Shown: piece after piece, positions 1 to 12,759 of the stretch
How the letters are laid out: each line of letters starts with the position of its first letter
Numbering within the stretch: the first letter of the stretch is position 1
From: Albugo candida
Taxonomy: Eukaryota
Assembly (NCBI GenBank): GCA_040437565.1
Contig: JBDOQK010000014.1
Coordinates: 124,001 to 188,000, forward strand
Reading direction: 5' to 3'
DNA length: 64,000 bases
Program-made: the position numbers and the translations under genes
Notes under the pieces: model-generated
What the model saw: the letters and a program-made list of their open reading frames with translations, nothing else
Told to the model about the DNA's origin: nothing
The model's database searches: none

Positions 1-380
1 CAGGATAGGAGAAACACCTCGATAGACCGTCTTGTGTCTCTTCACATACTCTTGACACTGTTCAAGCCATTCAGCATTGCTGAATGTTTTGATCTATCAT
101 GAACGCCTTTTCCTGAAAGCATCATACACTATTCTTGCACTCGTCTCCGATCAGCTGGCATCTTAACCAAGATCATGTTCTTATGCAGCCACAATATGAA
201 ATGATTGGGAAGTATGTCTGCTTCGAGGAGTTTGATACAAATTTTCTTTCACGGCGAAGCTGAAAATTTTCTGACACATTTCTCCTAGTTGCTGGATTCG
301 GTACAGGCTCCTGTGCTATATAGGTTGATTTCATTCTTTTGAGTGTATACGAGTCATCCAGACAGATTCTTCCACTTTTC

Positions 381-1104
381 AGTGGAAGAATCATCGTCTG
401 GCACCCGATTTAAGCTACGTATCATGCGCCCGTTTTTGTATGTATGATGTTTGCGCTTAAATGAATGGATTATGTTCGCTACCGCACTAGACGCCTTGGC
501 TTGGTGTGGCATAGTTTTTTTTGTATATGAAGCCACCGATATATTGTCTGTTATAATTAGTCGCATTTCATTGAATTTAGGTGTGCTCAAGACTCTCTCT
601 ATGGATGCTACACTATTGCTTTTTTATTTTTTAGCAGGAAGCAATTTATCGCTCCTAAAATAAGACAAAAGATCATTTTTGCGACATCAAACNNNNNNNN
701 NNNNNNNNNNNNNNNNNNNNNNNNNNNNNNNNNNNNNNNNNNNNNNNNNNNNNNNNNNNNNNNNNNNNNNNNNNNNNNNNNNNNNNNNNNNNAGTGGAAG
801 AATCATCGTCTGGCACCCGATTTAAGCTACGTATCATGCGCCCGTTTTTGTATGTATGATGTTTGCGCTTAAATGAATGGATTATGTTCGCTACCGCACT
901 AGACGCCTTGGCTTGGTGTGGCATAGTTTTTTTTGTATATGAAGCCACCGATATATTGTCTGTTATAATTAGTCGCATTTCATTGAATTTAGGTGTGCTC
1001 AAGACTCTCTCTATGGATGCTACACTATTGCTTTTTTATTTTTTAGCAGGAAGCAATTTATCGCTCCTAAAATAAGACAAAAGATCATTTTTGCGACATC
1101 AAAC
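381..1104. repeat. Identical duplication on both sides of a 100-N gap (probable assembly artefact)
   Basis: 381-692 is repeated exactly at 793-1104 across the N-run. Confidence 0.85.
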
Positions 1105-1399
1105 GCTTCTGATTCAGCAAAAAAGCTGAATTTGTGTAGAAACGATCGGAAGAGAAAGAGTATGACTTCACCGAAGCGACTAGTGTTTTTTGTGAAACCT
1201 TTTTTTGTTTTATTTGTCCATGGTTTCGAGCTTGCTACTTTGACGGAGGTGAAACAATTATTTACACGTCCGAACAGTTTCACGACAGGAGGAAGCTTTC
1301 CAGGCTTTTGATTGGCTATGAATCAGGGGGATGTAAAATAGCCAATGGGGTTTACATACACCAGTGGCCTTATAGAATTTACCCCCAAATCGATCTCAT

Positions 1400-4300
1400 C
1401 AAACAATATTGCTATATTCAGATACTAAACTTATCACAAAACAAAATTGAGGATGTGTGTAGAATCCTTCTTGATACATTTCGAGAAGCAATTTCTCCAA
1501 AGTAGTGGTTATGGAAACGTAAAGGATTTACTTTGTGTCCTCCACATGCTCAAAAGCGTTGATGCGTGTTGGAATGGTATGCGAACAAATTGTATTCGAA
1601 AAACAATTCTTCCCTGTACCGGTAAGAATGCTCCGATTCCAACTGAACGTCTGCGTTTTGGTCAGCGTGGACCATACTGTTTGGATCTAGGAGCCATTGC
1701 TACTGCCCAACGACAGTTAGCAAAACACCAGAAATGGCAAGCGTGGTTGCATCGACATCGTTGGTAATGCTACTGTTGATCGCAAAAGATGTAGCGAAGA
1801 AAGTGGAGAAAAAACGTCCAACCAAATATCGTTGGACTTCATCTCTCTTCTCGATATCACACTACCGGGGACCCAGAAATTTCCACTACAAAACCGGTCC
1901 TCTTCTCGGAATGGAGGAAAACCCATCTCCACCCGTACTATCAAGCCAGTGGAGTGGGATGGATATATATATATATATATATATATGCATTTGGCTCTTT
2001 CGTGCGATAACCGTCACCGTGTGGATTCATTTCGCCACATATTTTCGAAGGCACCCCTTCGTGTTCTACCTTAGTTGGACACAATTAATAACTACTCGTT
2101 GCTCTCAATCATGGGGAACGAGATAGGGAAGGCTGAAGCGGTTGAAAATCCAGTGCATGGAACCCTCTTTCAAATTATACCCGTGAAAACACGGATGCCA
2201 AAACAGGTAGCGACTTCGAAAGAGGCTGCCCACTTCTTTTCCGAAAACGCTACATTGTGGTAGAAAAGCGGAGAAACCAGCTCGGGTTGGAGAGCTTATG
2301 GATATTCATTCCAAGAACGCACTTCACTCAAACCGACCGGACAATCTGGTCCAAGCAGATGCGCAAATCACACATGTGCGCAGGCTACTACAGCCTTGTA
2401 CCAACCCAGACAGATTCATCCGGTCAGCACTAGAACATCGGACGCCATGAATTGGGTGCTTATCTCATGCATGGACTAGAACAATCGTGACTTGGACGAA
2501 GTAGTACATCTTCTTCTGATCAATCTCGTTTTCGCAGCGCACAACCTCGGCGAAGATTTTACGTTTGCGACGCGATATAGTCTTCAAGTTGGTGGCAAAG
2601 TTAATTCGAACAGAGATGTATCGTTCGAGAAAGTAATGTCGTGGTGAAAGTCAGTGCGGACATTGTTCGCGTTTGACTCGAGCAACCAAAGCTCTCGCAT
2701 TATTGTAAGTCTTCTTTCTGAGTACTGCTCCGACAGTCCATATAAACGATCACTGAATCCAGAATCTCACCGATGGGCAAGTGAACTGGATTCCAGGTCA
2801 TCATTGTCGTTTACTTCCGACTAATGTGATCATATATTTGTCACGCTTCGACGTGGGTGTAAAGAGATGGTCCCAATGATTTGGAGGTAAATGGCGAGCA
2901 GTGATATCGCGGAGCTCTCGCATAATCTTAAATATTTCTCGGTATAATTAGCAGCACGACAACTCTATATTCAAGTGGTGACAAGAAGTTTGTTGCTGAT
3001 CCAATTTCGCGTGAATGCTACGGGCTCCTTGATTATCCCAACTTGGAACAACATCCATTCTAACACTCACGGTGAATGTCAATGGAATGTATAAAAATGG
3101 TCATCATTTTATCGACCGCGTCCTATCCCAGCAATGCATTTGCTGTGTTCAAGAAACCAGTTCTACGATCACAACCCGCTCAAACCATTTCAGTTTTTAT
3201 CACTTTCAAACATGCAGCACAACATGTTTGTCAATTACTACAACAGTGCTTTTCTTTATCGAACTCAAAATCGCAGTTGTGGTGTGACGACAGTACTTCT
3301 TTCGGAGTTTCACGGTCATACAACAGCTGAAGCACTCACCGAACGAAGCATTCGAGATAGCTATTACTTCTTGCGTCTTCTCATTTACGACGTACCGGTG
3401 TATATTCACAATGTATATGCACCGATCAAGGCCGAGGAATGAGTTCTCTTTATAAGTTATTGATCTATAACACTTTCGAATCAATCGCAAAGCATCTCGT
3501 GTTTGGTGATTTCAACACACCACTCGATCCAGCTATCAATGCTTCAAATAGAACAATTCGACACGAACCAAGTCGATTAGCGTGTTTGGAATGGCTTTCA
3601 CAGTTGGGTGTGGTATAAGCTTGGCGAATTCAACATCCGACTGAAAAGTATTTACAGGACCAATACCGCGCAAGAATCGACTAGATTACATCTGCATGTC
3701 GGAAGAGCTATTCAATATGGTATACAAAACCTCCGAGTATTTCCGTCCACGACATGCGGGAGATCATCTGGCACAAAAAGTAACTTTTGCAAATCCAACT
3801 CAATCACCCGGTCGAGGATATTGGAAATGTTCATTACGACTATTTGAATATCCTAAAGTTGTCGNNNNNNNNNNNNNNNNNNNNNNNNNNNNNNNNNNNN
3901 NNNNNNNNNNNNNNNNNNNNNNNNNNNNNNNNNNNNNNNNNNNNNNNNNNNNNNNNNNNNNNNNGATGGTGGACTACAAGCTCTTTTTTTGGTGAGACGA
4001 ATGAAGCTACAACGTATTCAATTTCTTCAGCAGTTCGAATCCGATGGGTCGACAATTACTCCTGCGAATTGGACAACTGCTTCGACGGAATTATTACAGC
4101 TTATCCAACCTTCCTTTGGACCACACAAGCCGATGGATAAACTCACCATCGCACCACGTCGACATGCGAAAAAATGGTTTAATGGGAGAGCACATCGTCA
4201 TGGTGGAAAGACACATTTAAAATGTGGCATCATATGGATTGGAGCAGTACAATATCAGATTTGAATGTTTCACAACGCCGTCAGTACTACATGGAACAAA

Positions 4301-4575
4301 CTATGTGGTCCCACTACGACCAAGCATTACATTATGAAGCTGCTACTTGCCATCCGAGTATGCGGAACGTTTGGTACAATGTTGGTATGGCGGAGCGACC
4401 ACATCGCACATTTCGAAAAACGTTTGCTACATTTTCCGAGGTTCGAAGTCTGCAAGACCTTTTTCGTGAAAGCGACACATGGCCAGCGAAGGAAGATTTT
4501 GTCGACATGTATTACAACTCCGAAGAGCTGATCACATCGGATATGTCTGACCACCGATGTCATTCTAGCCAATAG
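1400..4575 (+). mobile_element. Degenerate L1/Tx1-like non-LTR retrotransposon, copy A (ORF1 end, unknown domain, APE endonuclease, RT-distal part)
   Basis: APE motifs NVNG (~3074), IHNVYAP, FGDFN, RLDYICMSEE, GDHLAQKV and GRGYWK. Collinear in reverse complement with 28541-34200. Many stops and frameshifts. The 5' boundary is approximate. Confidence 0.85.
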
Positions 4576-4591
4576 GCCGGTGGCAATATAG

Positions 4592-4617
4592 GGGGATGAC
4601 GTAGCTACGTCATCCCC
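4592..4617. repeat. 26-bp perfect palindrome GGGGATGACGTAGCTACGTCATCCCC
   Basis: Read directly; the sequence is self-complementary. Confidence 0.9.
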
Positions 4618-4619
4618 TT

Positions 4620-7600
4620 TAAACCGGTTAAAACGGCTAGTAAAACCAGATCTTTGCTAAGTTCAGTCGATATCTTGAAGGGGATGGAGGGGATTCGGGA
4701 GGAAAGGCCAAAACTAAAGCCAGGTTCGAAACGATCAAGATGGGAGGTTTTGTCCGCTCGTCTGGAACCGTCAAAATATTTCGCGGTACCCAGCGCACGG
4801 ATTCTCATCCTTTTGGAAGCAGAACAGCAATCATGCGAGCTCCACCAACTCAGATCTTGTAATCCTTCGTTTGCGATCATGGCAATGAGATCTTGAAGGA
4901 TCACTTTGTCCGGCGTAGTATTGGCCAGGGGTCTAAGTTACCAGGGTTAGCATGCAGCTTCTGATCACAAGAGAGGATGTGCGTCCCAGGCTTTCTCATG
5001 AAACGTTTACTTTACTTGGTAATCAGTATTCTTACCGGGGAATATGATGTTCTCGGATTAAAATACTTCCAATACATTATTGGACTTGGTCTTACGTCCA
5101 ACATCGAGTCTACTTTGCATGCCCTCGGATGCTACATTCTTTTCGAGAACTATCGCGAGGCAGTGGCGTCACAGACGTTTACTATTTCTATGTGGAGGGT
5201 GTATCTACGCTCCACGTCATGTCCCGAACCTCTGGTCGTGGGTGTTGAAGTCTGCGAGCATTTTTGTATCGAAGAGCTATACAATCTGACTTGTGGCAAA
5301 AGCGCTTCTCTTCCTACTTAGCGATTGAGGATAGGTCAGCGCAGTCCACATTGCTTGTTGCTGCCGGTGAAAACTCCAAAACCGCCTCATCTAGCAAAAT
5401 ATGAACCAGTTCAGCAAGTCAAAGCCACTCGGAACGACCAAAAGTACTGATAAGAATCCCGTCAAGTTGGATCCAGGTGACAAACGAGGTTTTTTGTGGA
5501 ATAAAAAGCTTTCTCATCGTTCAAAAAGTGTTCTTGAGGATACTACGCATCCCTCAACGTATTCTGCGGCGCAGGAACACCTAAAGCAAAGAAGTAGAAC
5601 TCTTTTTTGAGCATACAAAATCACGATTCCAACCTAGGAGGCTAAAGCGAAAAGTGATACCTAGACGTTACCCCGTCCTAGTAATAAGTGTAATCGCTAG
5701 CTTGACAGCATTACCAGTATTGCCAGTAAAGCTTTACCAAAATCACTCGAGGATAATGAAACAGTAACTTCTTTGACGTCCTCGGTTCGATCGACGTCAA
5801 CTACTCGAAAATCGATAGGTTTTGGTAGACGCTGCCATATGGTTACTTCAAAATTTACGGCCAGCAAACATGTCTAAAGCGGGCAAACTCTTGCAAGAAG
5901 GCGTTCACGTACCGAAGGCTGATGAGCATGCTAGCAATGGCGATCGGTAAGTTCAATTCGCCTCGAACCATCCGAGTTCACTTCAGTGAGTGCTCAGCCG
6001 ACGAATGCGCGAAAAATCATCAATCTTTCGGATTGGTGCACGCTCACACTATTAATCGTGATTTTGCAGCCTCACAACCTACTTCGGACACCATATTCGT
6101 TAAGAAATGGTCTTAACAAATCGGTGGAAATCTTCAAGTAAAGCGACAGAAAATTTTCGAATCTGGTGGGAAGCCTTACCGGCAGTCGAGCTGGTGTTGA
6201 TGTGAACAGCACCGGTGATCTACCACAGTGATNNNNNNNNNNNNNNNNNNNNNNNNNNNNNNNNNNNNNNNNNNNNNNNNNNNNNNNNNNNNNNNNNNNN
6301 NNNNNNNNNNNNNNNNNNNNNNNNNNNNNNNNCGGAGCGATAACATTTTATCGATCAACTTTCAACCGGATCCTTTTAAACAAACGCAACTTACATCGTT
6401 TGTGGAGATCTTAATACAGCCATGTGTCCCAGTTTGGACAATTGCAGTGGTGTCTATCGACATAAGCCAAGTTGACTCTCATGTTGGGAATGGACTTCCA
6501 ACGTGGGTGTTCTTGATGCTTGGCGTCAGCACTATCCTGCACAGCTTGTCTTTAATGGCCCGCAGATAAAAAAACCAACTGGACTATATCAATTGTCGGA
6601 ACTTCTTTACCGGTCGGGTTACAAGGGTTCCAATTATGTTCTACTCCAGTACACGGGTGGTCAAGTGACTTATACTGTCAAGTTCACCAATCCAGTTCAA
6701 CTCCAAGATCGTGGTTATTTGAAACTCCCTTTGTCATTCTCTTACTATCCAGTAATCATAAAAGCAATCGAGGAGCGGACGGAATGTATTTTGGACTAGC
6801 TTCGTGCTTCTTCTCATCCCTGGAAAGAATGGGAGCTCTGGAAGAAGCACATGCAGAAATTAGTGCGGCAAGCTCAAAAGAAAATCCGTTGTCAAGAGAA
6901 ATCAAATTTCCCTCTAGCTCAAACTAATCGGACGAAGCAGAATCAGCTGTTGCCAATCCAACCAAGCGCAAGAAAGAAAGTTGTACGAGGAAGCTCTCCG
7001 CTCTTATCATGACCGGGTAAGGAATTCGTCCAGGTATAATAAAGACTTCATGTTCGATTATGGCATGAAAAACATGAAGAGATCATCTCAACAAATATTC
7101 AGCCCCCTGGATCAAACTTATCATCGTTTGCATTAGGAAGACGTACTCCTTCCGACTGGTGAAGTGTCAAAGAATTCAATTGATATCACACTTGCGTTCA
7201 TAGATTACTAGGGTGAAATCATGGGAGAGAAGGCAAGTTCAGCTGGAATACCCGTTCGCTAGAAACAACAAACGCTTCTCAACTCAAACACGAGGACAAT
7301 ATCCGGCTCTGATGAGTCGTTTCTTTCTGCTCATTTAACCAATTCAAAAATGGAAGAAGTCATCAAAAGTATGCGCGACACTCATCACCTGGAATGCATG
7401 GGTTGCCGGCAGCATTATAGCAACTCGCTCCGAGTGTTCTGGGTGAATGTTTGTAAACCGTCTTTGACGATCAAATTCGTCGGAGCTGTTTTCTGCGTTC
7501 CCAGCGTAGATTGGCAATCACGTTGCTTTACAAAAAGGATCTCGAGCAGATCTTGTCAACTATCATCTTATTTCATTGATATGCGTGGATGTCAAAGTGC

Positions 7601-9650
7601 TGTCGAAAGTACTTCCATATCGACTCAATAAAATACTTTCAAAAATAACCCTTGAGGATCAGAAAGCATCTCTGAGAGGACGATCCATCCATCACCATAT
7701 TCGATACATCGATTGATCTACAGGAATTGATCATTAATCGGGTGAAGAAGCATTTGCAACCATTCTCGATTTTGAGAAAGCGTACGACGAGTAAATTGGA
7801 ACTACATGTTTGCAGTGCTTTCAATAAAGAACTGCGGGAATTCATTTATCAAGTGGACAAAGCTTCTATACAACATCAAGCATGTTTCGTTGTTTTTGAA
7901 GTAACGCCCCCACCAAGGATCACGGGGAGTTAAACAAGGTGATCCACTCTCCGCATTGCTCTTTCTCATGACGATTGAGCCATTAAGTAATTTATTGCGG
8001 AATTGTGGTGGGTGACTGCAGGCCCATCTGGGAGAGTCGACGCGAGCAGTTCTCCGCGGAGTAACGACGGCCTAATCTTTGTATCACTTCAATGGATACA
8101 TCAACCAGTTTATTCTTTGCGGACGAATCGACATTATTAGCTTTATCACTCGGTATAGTGGAGGCTCAGCTTGATTGTGATGGTTGAGGAGCAAAGTTGA
8201 TTCTTCCAACGTCGCCTTTACTTTGTCAAGAATTTCATTACACTGTTTATCTGGTTCTTTAACTACCTTTTTTATCCTATCATGAGCCCCTGACCGTGTG
8301 AATATCACTGAAGTCTGACTTTAAACCTAGGGAGGCAGATATTTTCCAAGTTTATTGCTTGGGTGGGCTCAAACAACTGCCCAAACTGCCGGGGATCGAA
8401 CTAACGACCTCCGGCACGGGGTCCGTGCGCTCAAGTGCTTAACCGACTGAGCTGGGTACGGACCCCTGTGCAGGTTTACTGGTGGCGCAGACTACGGTTT
8501 TGTCAAGATTTTGGCATTTTACGACACATTACGACACCTAGCAGCCTTTACTGCTACGATGGCAATCGATGTTGAGTTGATTTATATTGAGTCGGACGTA
8601 TGATCCGGTATCAAAGCATATGCAGCTGATTCGATCGGAACTTTTATATCTTCCTTATTCACAAGTTGATTTACAGGTTTCGTTTATTGAGAAGCAATTG
8701 AAGAAGTAACGAATCTGGTTCCCAAAGAAATTGCGCTTTATTCAGGTGCATCTATTACATTTGCCGTGATGGCAGATGAAAACGATTACTCTGGACCGTT
8801 CAAGCAGCTTGATAATCAAACGATACCACCTCGTCGAGGGTGTCTTCTTATGTCCAGAGGGTTTCATTTCAAAGGATCATCAGCTTCAGTTTGGTCTTTC
8901 CTGATATTCCTCGGGATCAACTCTTTCGAGTTCTTGGTGAAGCAGAACCACCAGGCAAGCCTCACCCACTATTGATGCACATACCGGAAAGAGACCGGAA
9001 AGGTGCTTCCAGCTGAGTGCAGGATTTCTCAAAGGGTTTCAAACATCTTCTTGGAAGTTTATTACGATATACTCGGACATTCAGCTCCTACTTACATGTT
9101 CAATTCTACCAGTGCGATCCCGATTCTGGTTTCTAAAGCAAGCATATCCAGAAATCATCCTCTGCACGCAGAAATGTTGTGGTGGGGTGGAAAGTTATCA
9201 GCATCTGTTTTTCGACTGTAGTATTATTTACACGATGTGGAAAGCTATTCCTTCTTGGACAGCTTTCTTTTCAGCTCGACCTGAATGGTCGCATATTGTG
9301 TGTCTCCATATTTCGATCTTCCAAGACACTTATAACCCATTTAGAGGATTGTTGGAGGATCTTTGATTTGCATTGGCTGCTATTGCGATCCACTTCATCT
9401 GGACGAATCGGAACCGACGACTTTTCGACCAAGCATCTTTCATACCAACAGGGATCAGATCTTTAGGTGATCTATAGCAAATTTAGGGACCATAGTCGGT
9501 TTTATCAACGGCAGTGCTATGATCCTCACATCTTGGTCAGATTCGAAAGATTTTGCTAGGCATACCGAAATCGGGTTCTGCAAAGAGTTAGTTCTCAGGT
9601 AGATCAGATCTATTAAAAATAGAAGACTTATTTACTTATAAGTCTGCGTT
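4620..9650 (+). mobile_element. Degenerate L1/Tx1-like LINE, diverged subfamily (copy B)
   Basis: ORF1-like WRVYLRSTSCPEPL (~5190). APE remnants DAWRQHYP and DRGYLK (6500-6730). RT remnants GVKQGDPLSALLFLMTIEP (~7927) and LFFADES (~8110). C-terminal zinc-binding-like ESYQHLFFDC (~9190). Confidence 0.8.
8217..8460 (-). mobile_element. tRNA-derived SINE, copy with both Pol III boxes
   Basis: On the minus strand, A-box AGCTCAGTCGG (8443-8453) and B-box GTTCGATCCC (8392-8401), then a ~170-nt body homologous to 45871-46090, 52649-52873 and 35022-35100. Confidence 0.85.
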
Positions 9651-9999
9651 GAGTGGATAGTCTGCTCAACAGCTTTTTATTGCACCAGGTTCAATATTTC
9701 GTGACTTTGAAAGTCGCCGCTGCACGTAGTTTACACTCCGCTCGATAAAGATAGGAAACACGTATTTTGGTTTGAAGAACGTAAAAAAAAAGTAGGATGA
9801 TTTCAGTTTCCATACATAGATCGAAATTAGCACGTCAGTTTCGAATCTTCACCCTAAGTCAGAATTGGAAATTTTCAATCCATAGTCATCAGCGAAATGC
9901 GATAACAGGCCGCGTGAAAAATATAAGGAACATCTGTTATATTGCGCCTTCCTCGAATTCAGGTACTGCGTTTACACTTCAAAGGTGCTGCCATTAGTG

Positions 10000-10960
10000 A
10001 GGCACGAACTCCCTTAGCTCTATCACCTTTAAATAGCGATCTCTCATCAATTTGAAGAGCGCATATAACCGTTCTTGACCTATTTCTGACCACGCTTTTC
10101 TGACTGCCGCTTCAAGCTCGCCAAACAAGTGATATTGGTACCAGTTACGGTAAAGATCACGCGCCATGTCGCCCTAGAGATTCTCTATCGAATTAAGGTC
10201 CAGCAAAACAGACGGCAATTTCATCACACTGATGTTGAGGTATTTGAGAGACTCACTGGTCGAGTTAGATGAATGGATAATTGCTGAATTTGTAGCCATT
10301 TTAGTGTTCACGTTCTGCGAAAAGGAGAGATGGTTATTTAATGTCTTCTGACAGTCGAAAGAGTTGTGGCGACTACTCAATGTGACCAGGGCCGTCAAAC
10401 CTTTTGGGTAGAAACCGCCCCGGGCCATAGACAACCCTTCCACTTGACGGCTTTAAAATGAACTTGTTTTAAGCCGTATGTCGTGCCAATAATACTTGCG
10501 ACCATCTGGACTGTCTTGCGTGAACTGCTTCTCGTCTGAAAAGACGATCCTAACCCAGTCAGCGCAATTCTTGATCTTCTGTTTGGTTCATGCAAGCCGT
10601 GCCGTGTGGTGACACTTCGTGGTTTTTGTGAGTGGACTTCCTTTTCTTGTAGACAAGATGAGGCGCTCGCTGGAGCATGCGCTGAACGATCCACTTGATC
10701 ACCTTTGGTGTCACCATGGTCTTGGAGATAGCAGCAGCGGACAAATAAACGCCAATTTCATGCACCGCACGTCCGCACGTCACGCGGGCCAAGCTTCAGC
10801 TTCCTTCCAGGGCTCTTTCAGCAATCGCCCGGAGACTTGCTTTTTCGACAGGAGTGTGTCAATTTTCCCTTGCTTGTACTCGGTCAGAAGCGGTTTCGCC
10901 CCATGGCTTCGCTAAGGAATACACAAAATCCGACCACGAGTACTCTGTAAAGCATTTAAG
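10000..10960 (-). mobile_element. Tc1/Tc3-like DDE transposase remnant
   Basis: Minus-strand IVFSDEKQFTQDSPDGRKYYWHD (~10480-10550) and DLNSIENL*GDMARDLY (~10150-10200); frameshifted. Confidence 0.8.
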
Positions 10961-11319
10961 AGCATGCAGTCATGTTGATTAGAGGCGAATACATCCCCTC
11001 ATCTAACTTTGTGGTCAGTGCTAGTGGTGTACACTATCAATATAGCGCGCAGGTCCTAATCTCTTCACTCCAAATTTCTCACGTGCACTTATCCGATCCA
11101 ACAAACAATACAGGAGAATGCTCGACTCGACGTAGGAAATATCCTATTCAATCAGTACTCGACAAAACGGATAATTGAGCACAATTCTGCGAATAAAAAC
11201 AGTTGTCCCTATCTTTATGTCGCGGAGTGTATGTCATTTACCGTGGTCTAGGCATTTATAGAAGTCTTTGACGTCTAATTCTAGTAATATAGACATCTTC
11301 AAGTGTGGCTTGCTGATGA

Positions 11320-11640
11320 GTGCTCAGTGAATGGTGTTCACGCATAGTACTCATATGTAGACACCGTTTGTTACTATAGTTTGGCGGTATTCTAATCACT
11401 AGTATAGAAGTCTCTGAAGAGCCCCTTTACAGTTAATTTCTGGTGTAGTTGCCAGCGGTATAGACCCGTCCGTAGCTTCATTAAGTAGCTTGACATTTAG
11501 GTGGAGTAATCTTTGCCTCCACCGAGGGGCCCTACCGCGGCCTATTTGCCAACGCCGGAATTTGAACCAGCGGCATCACATCGTAAAGCAAACAGCCCAC
11601 CAACCAACTACACCACCCGACGGTGGTCTATCCGTAAGTG
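11320..11640 (-). mobile_element. Dispersed repeat, probable Gypsy-type LTR fragment
   Basis: Clearly homologous to 52325-52640. The Gypsy assignment rests on the G-run followed by a TGTAACGG start in the other copy and on recalled resemblance to oomycete Gypsy LTRs. Confidence 0.5.
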
Positions 11641-12581
11641 CATTGGTTTCCGAACCAAGTCTAAGTACAACACATGGTATGTAAATGAAATCGAAGTAAC
11701 CTGATCTCGCGAAGTATTTTTGCGGAGTAAGTATATTGAAGCAATATAGGAAGGCGTATCCCATACAGCGTTAGTACCAACCCCCATTATTTCACCACAA
11801 TTCGTCTTTTCTATCGCTTGCTGCACTAGAAGTTCAAACCTTTACTGTAAGAAATTACATGTCGGCTGTTCTAGCCGCTCGTTTTAGATCTGTTAAAAGC
11901 GATTACCTTATCGAGATTGGGCAAACACCAGCTAACCCGCGACCCGTAGGAGTAATACTAAGTACAGAGATATCAAGGGTTCGTCTGCCAGCCATCAGTT
12001 AGGGGAAACCTTGACTTTAGTAAACTTGGTAGTAAAAGCTTAGGTGTCTCGGCGGGTCTAAATAGAAGTTCTGATCCTTAGATGAACTTACTTTGAGATC
12101 GGAGTATAGGGTACAGCAGCCTTCCTAAGGCTGCATCTCGTGAGCAAATTGTGCTGTTAATTCATACGAGTTTGAAGACTTTTCTAGTCGTTCCATCCCT
12201 ACTTCTGCTTTTGAAAGTTTGTGTAGCTTCTCTACCCTCTCACGTAGATACGCTACATTTACAGCAGCAATTCGAGGCTTCCTGAGATCTGGCAACAACA
12301 AAAAGCAGCACTTCTTTTATTTCATGATTTAGCGATACGTGTTTCCCATTTTAAATTGCTTGTAGTGGGCGGGCGGTATGCACTTCGAGATGCTCGGTGC
12401 ATAGCAAAAGAAACACCCGGACGCGAGTAGCGAGAAATAATATTAAACTCTTGAGTAGCAACTATGTTGTATTGATAGTATTGTTGTTATGTGTATCAGG
12501 CCCCTTCGCAATAAGTGGCGCCTCACCTCCAGGTTAATGGTCACGCAAATGCTCTCTTCTTATAGCAGCTCGCACTCCATT

Positions 12582-12759
12582 TGTAGAATAGGAGCGACTA
12601 GTGAAGTCGAGAAATCGAGATCCTGGCAATGGATGAAGTGCATCTTGGTAATCTACAAAGATTGAAGGAAAAGGAAAGAATTGATAATAGGACCATAAGC
12701 TTCACATGAAACAGTTTTTCATTTACGTTGAACTGATCAAGCAGCATGGACAAACATCA
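12582..12759 (+). repeat. 5' LTR of copia 12582-17341
   Basis: TG...CA, directly repeated at 17163-17341. Confidence 0.9.

Noticed and set aside
354..590. RxLR-dEER-like effector (RMIR...DDDSSTEK)
   Set aside because: No hydrophobic signal peptide, a non-canonical motif, and a short ORF lying in an artefactually duplicated stretch
381..1104. Apparent tandem gene duplications around N-gaps (also 18620/18873, 27063/27461, 29974/30362, 40774/41018, 57749/58019)
   Set aside because: Each pair is identical and abuts a fixed 100-N gap, the signature of unmerged overlapping contig ends rather than biology
8380..8460. tRNA gene
   Set aside because: It has A and B boxes but no convincing cloverleaf, and it is fused to a repeated body that elsewhere carries a TSD, so it is a SINE head
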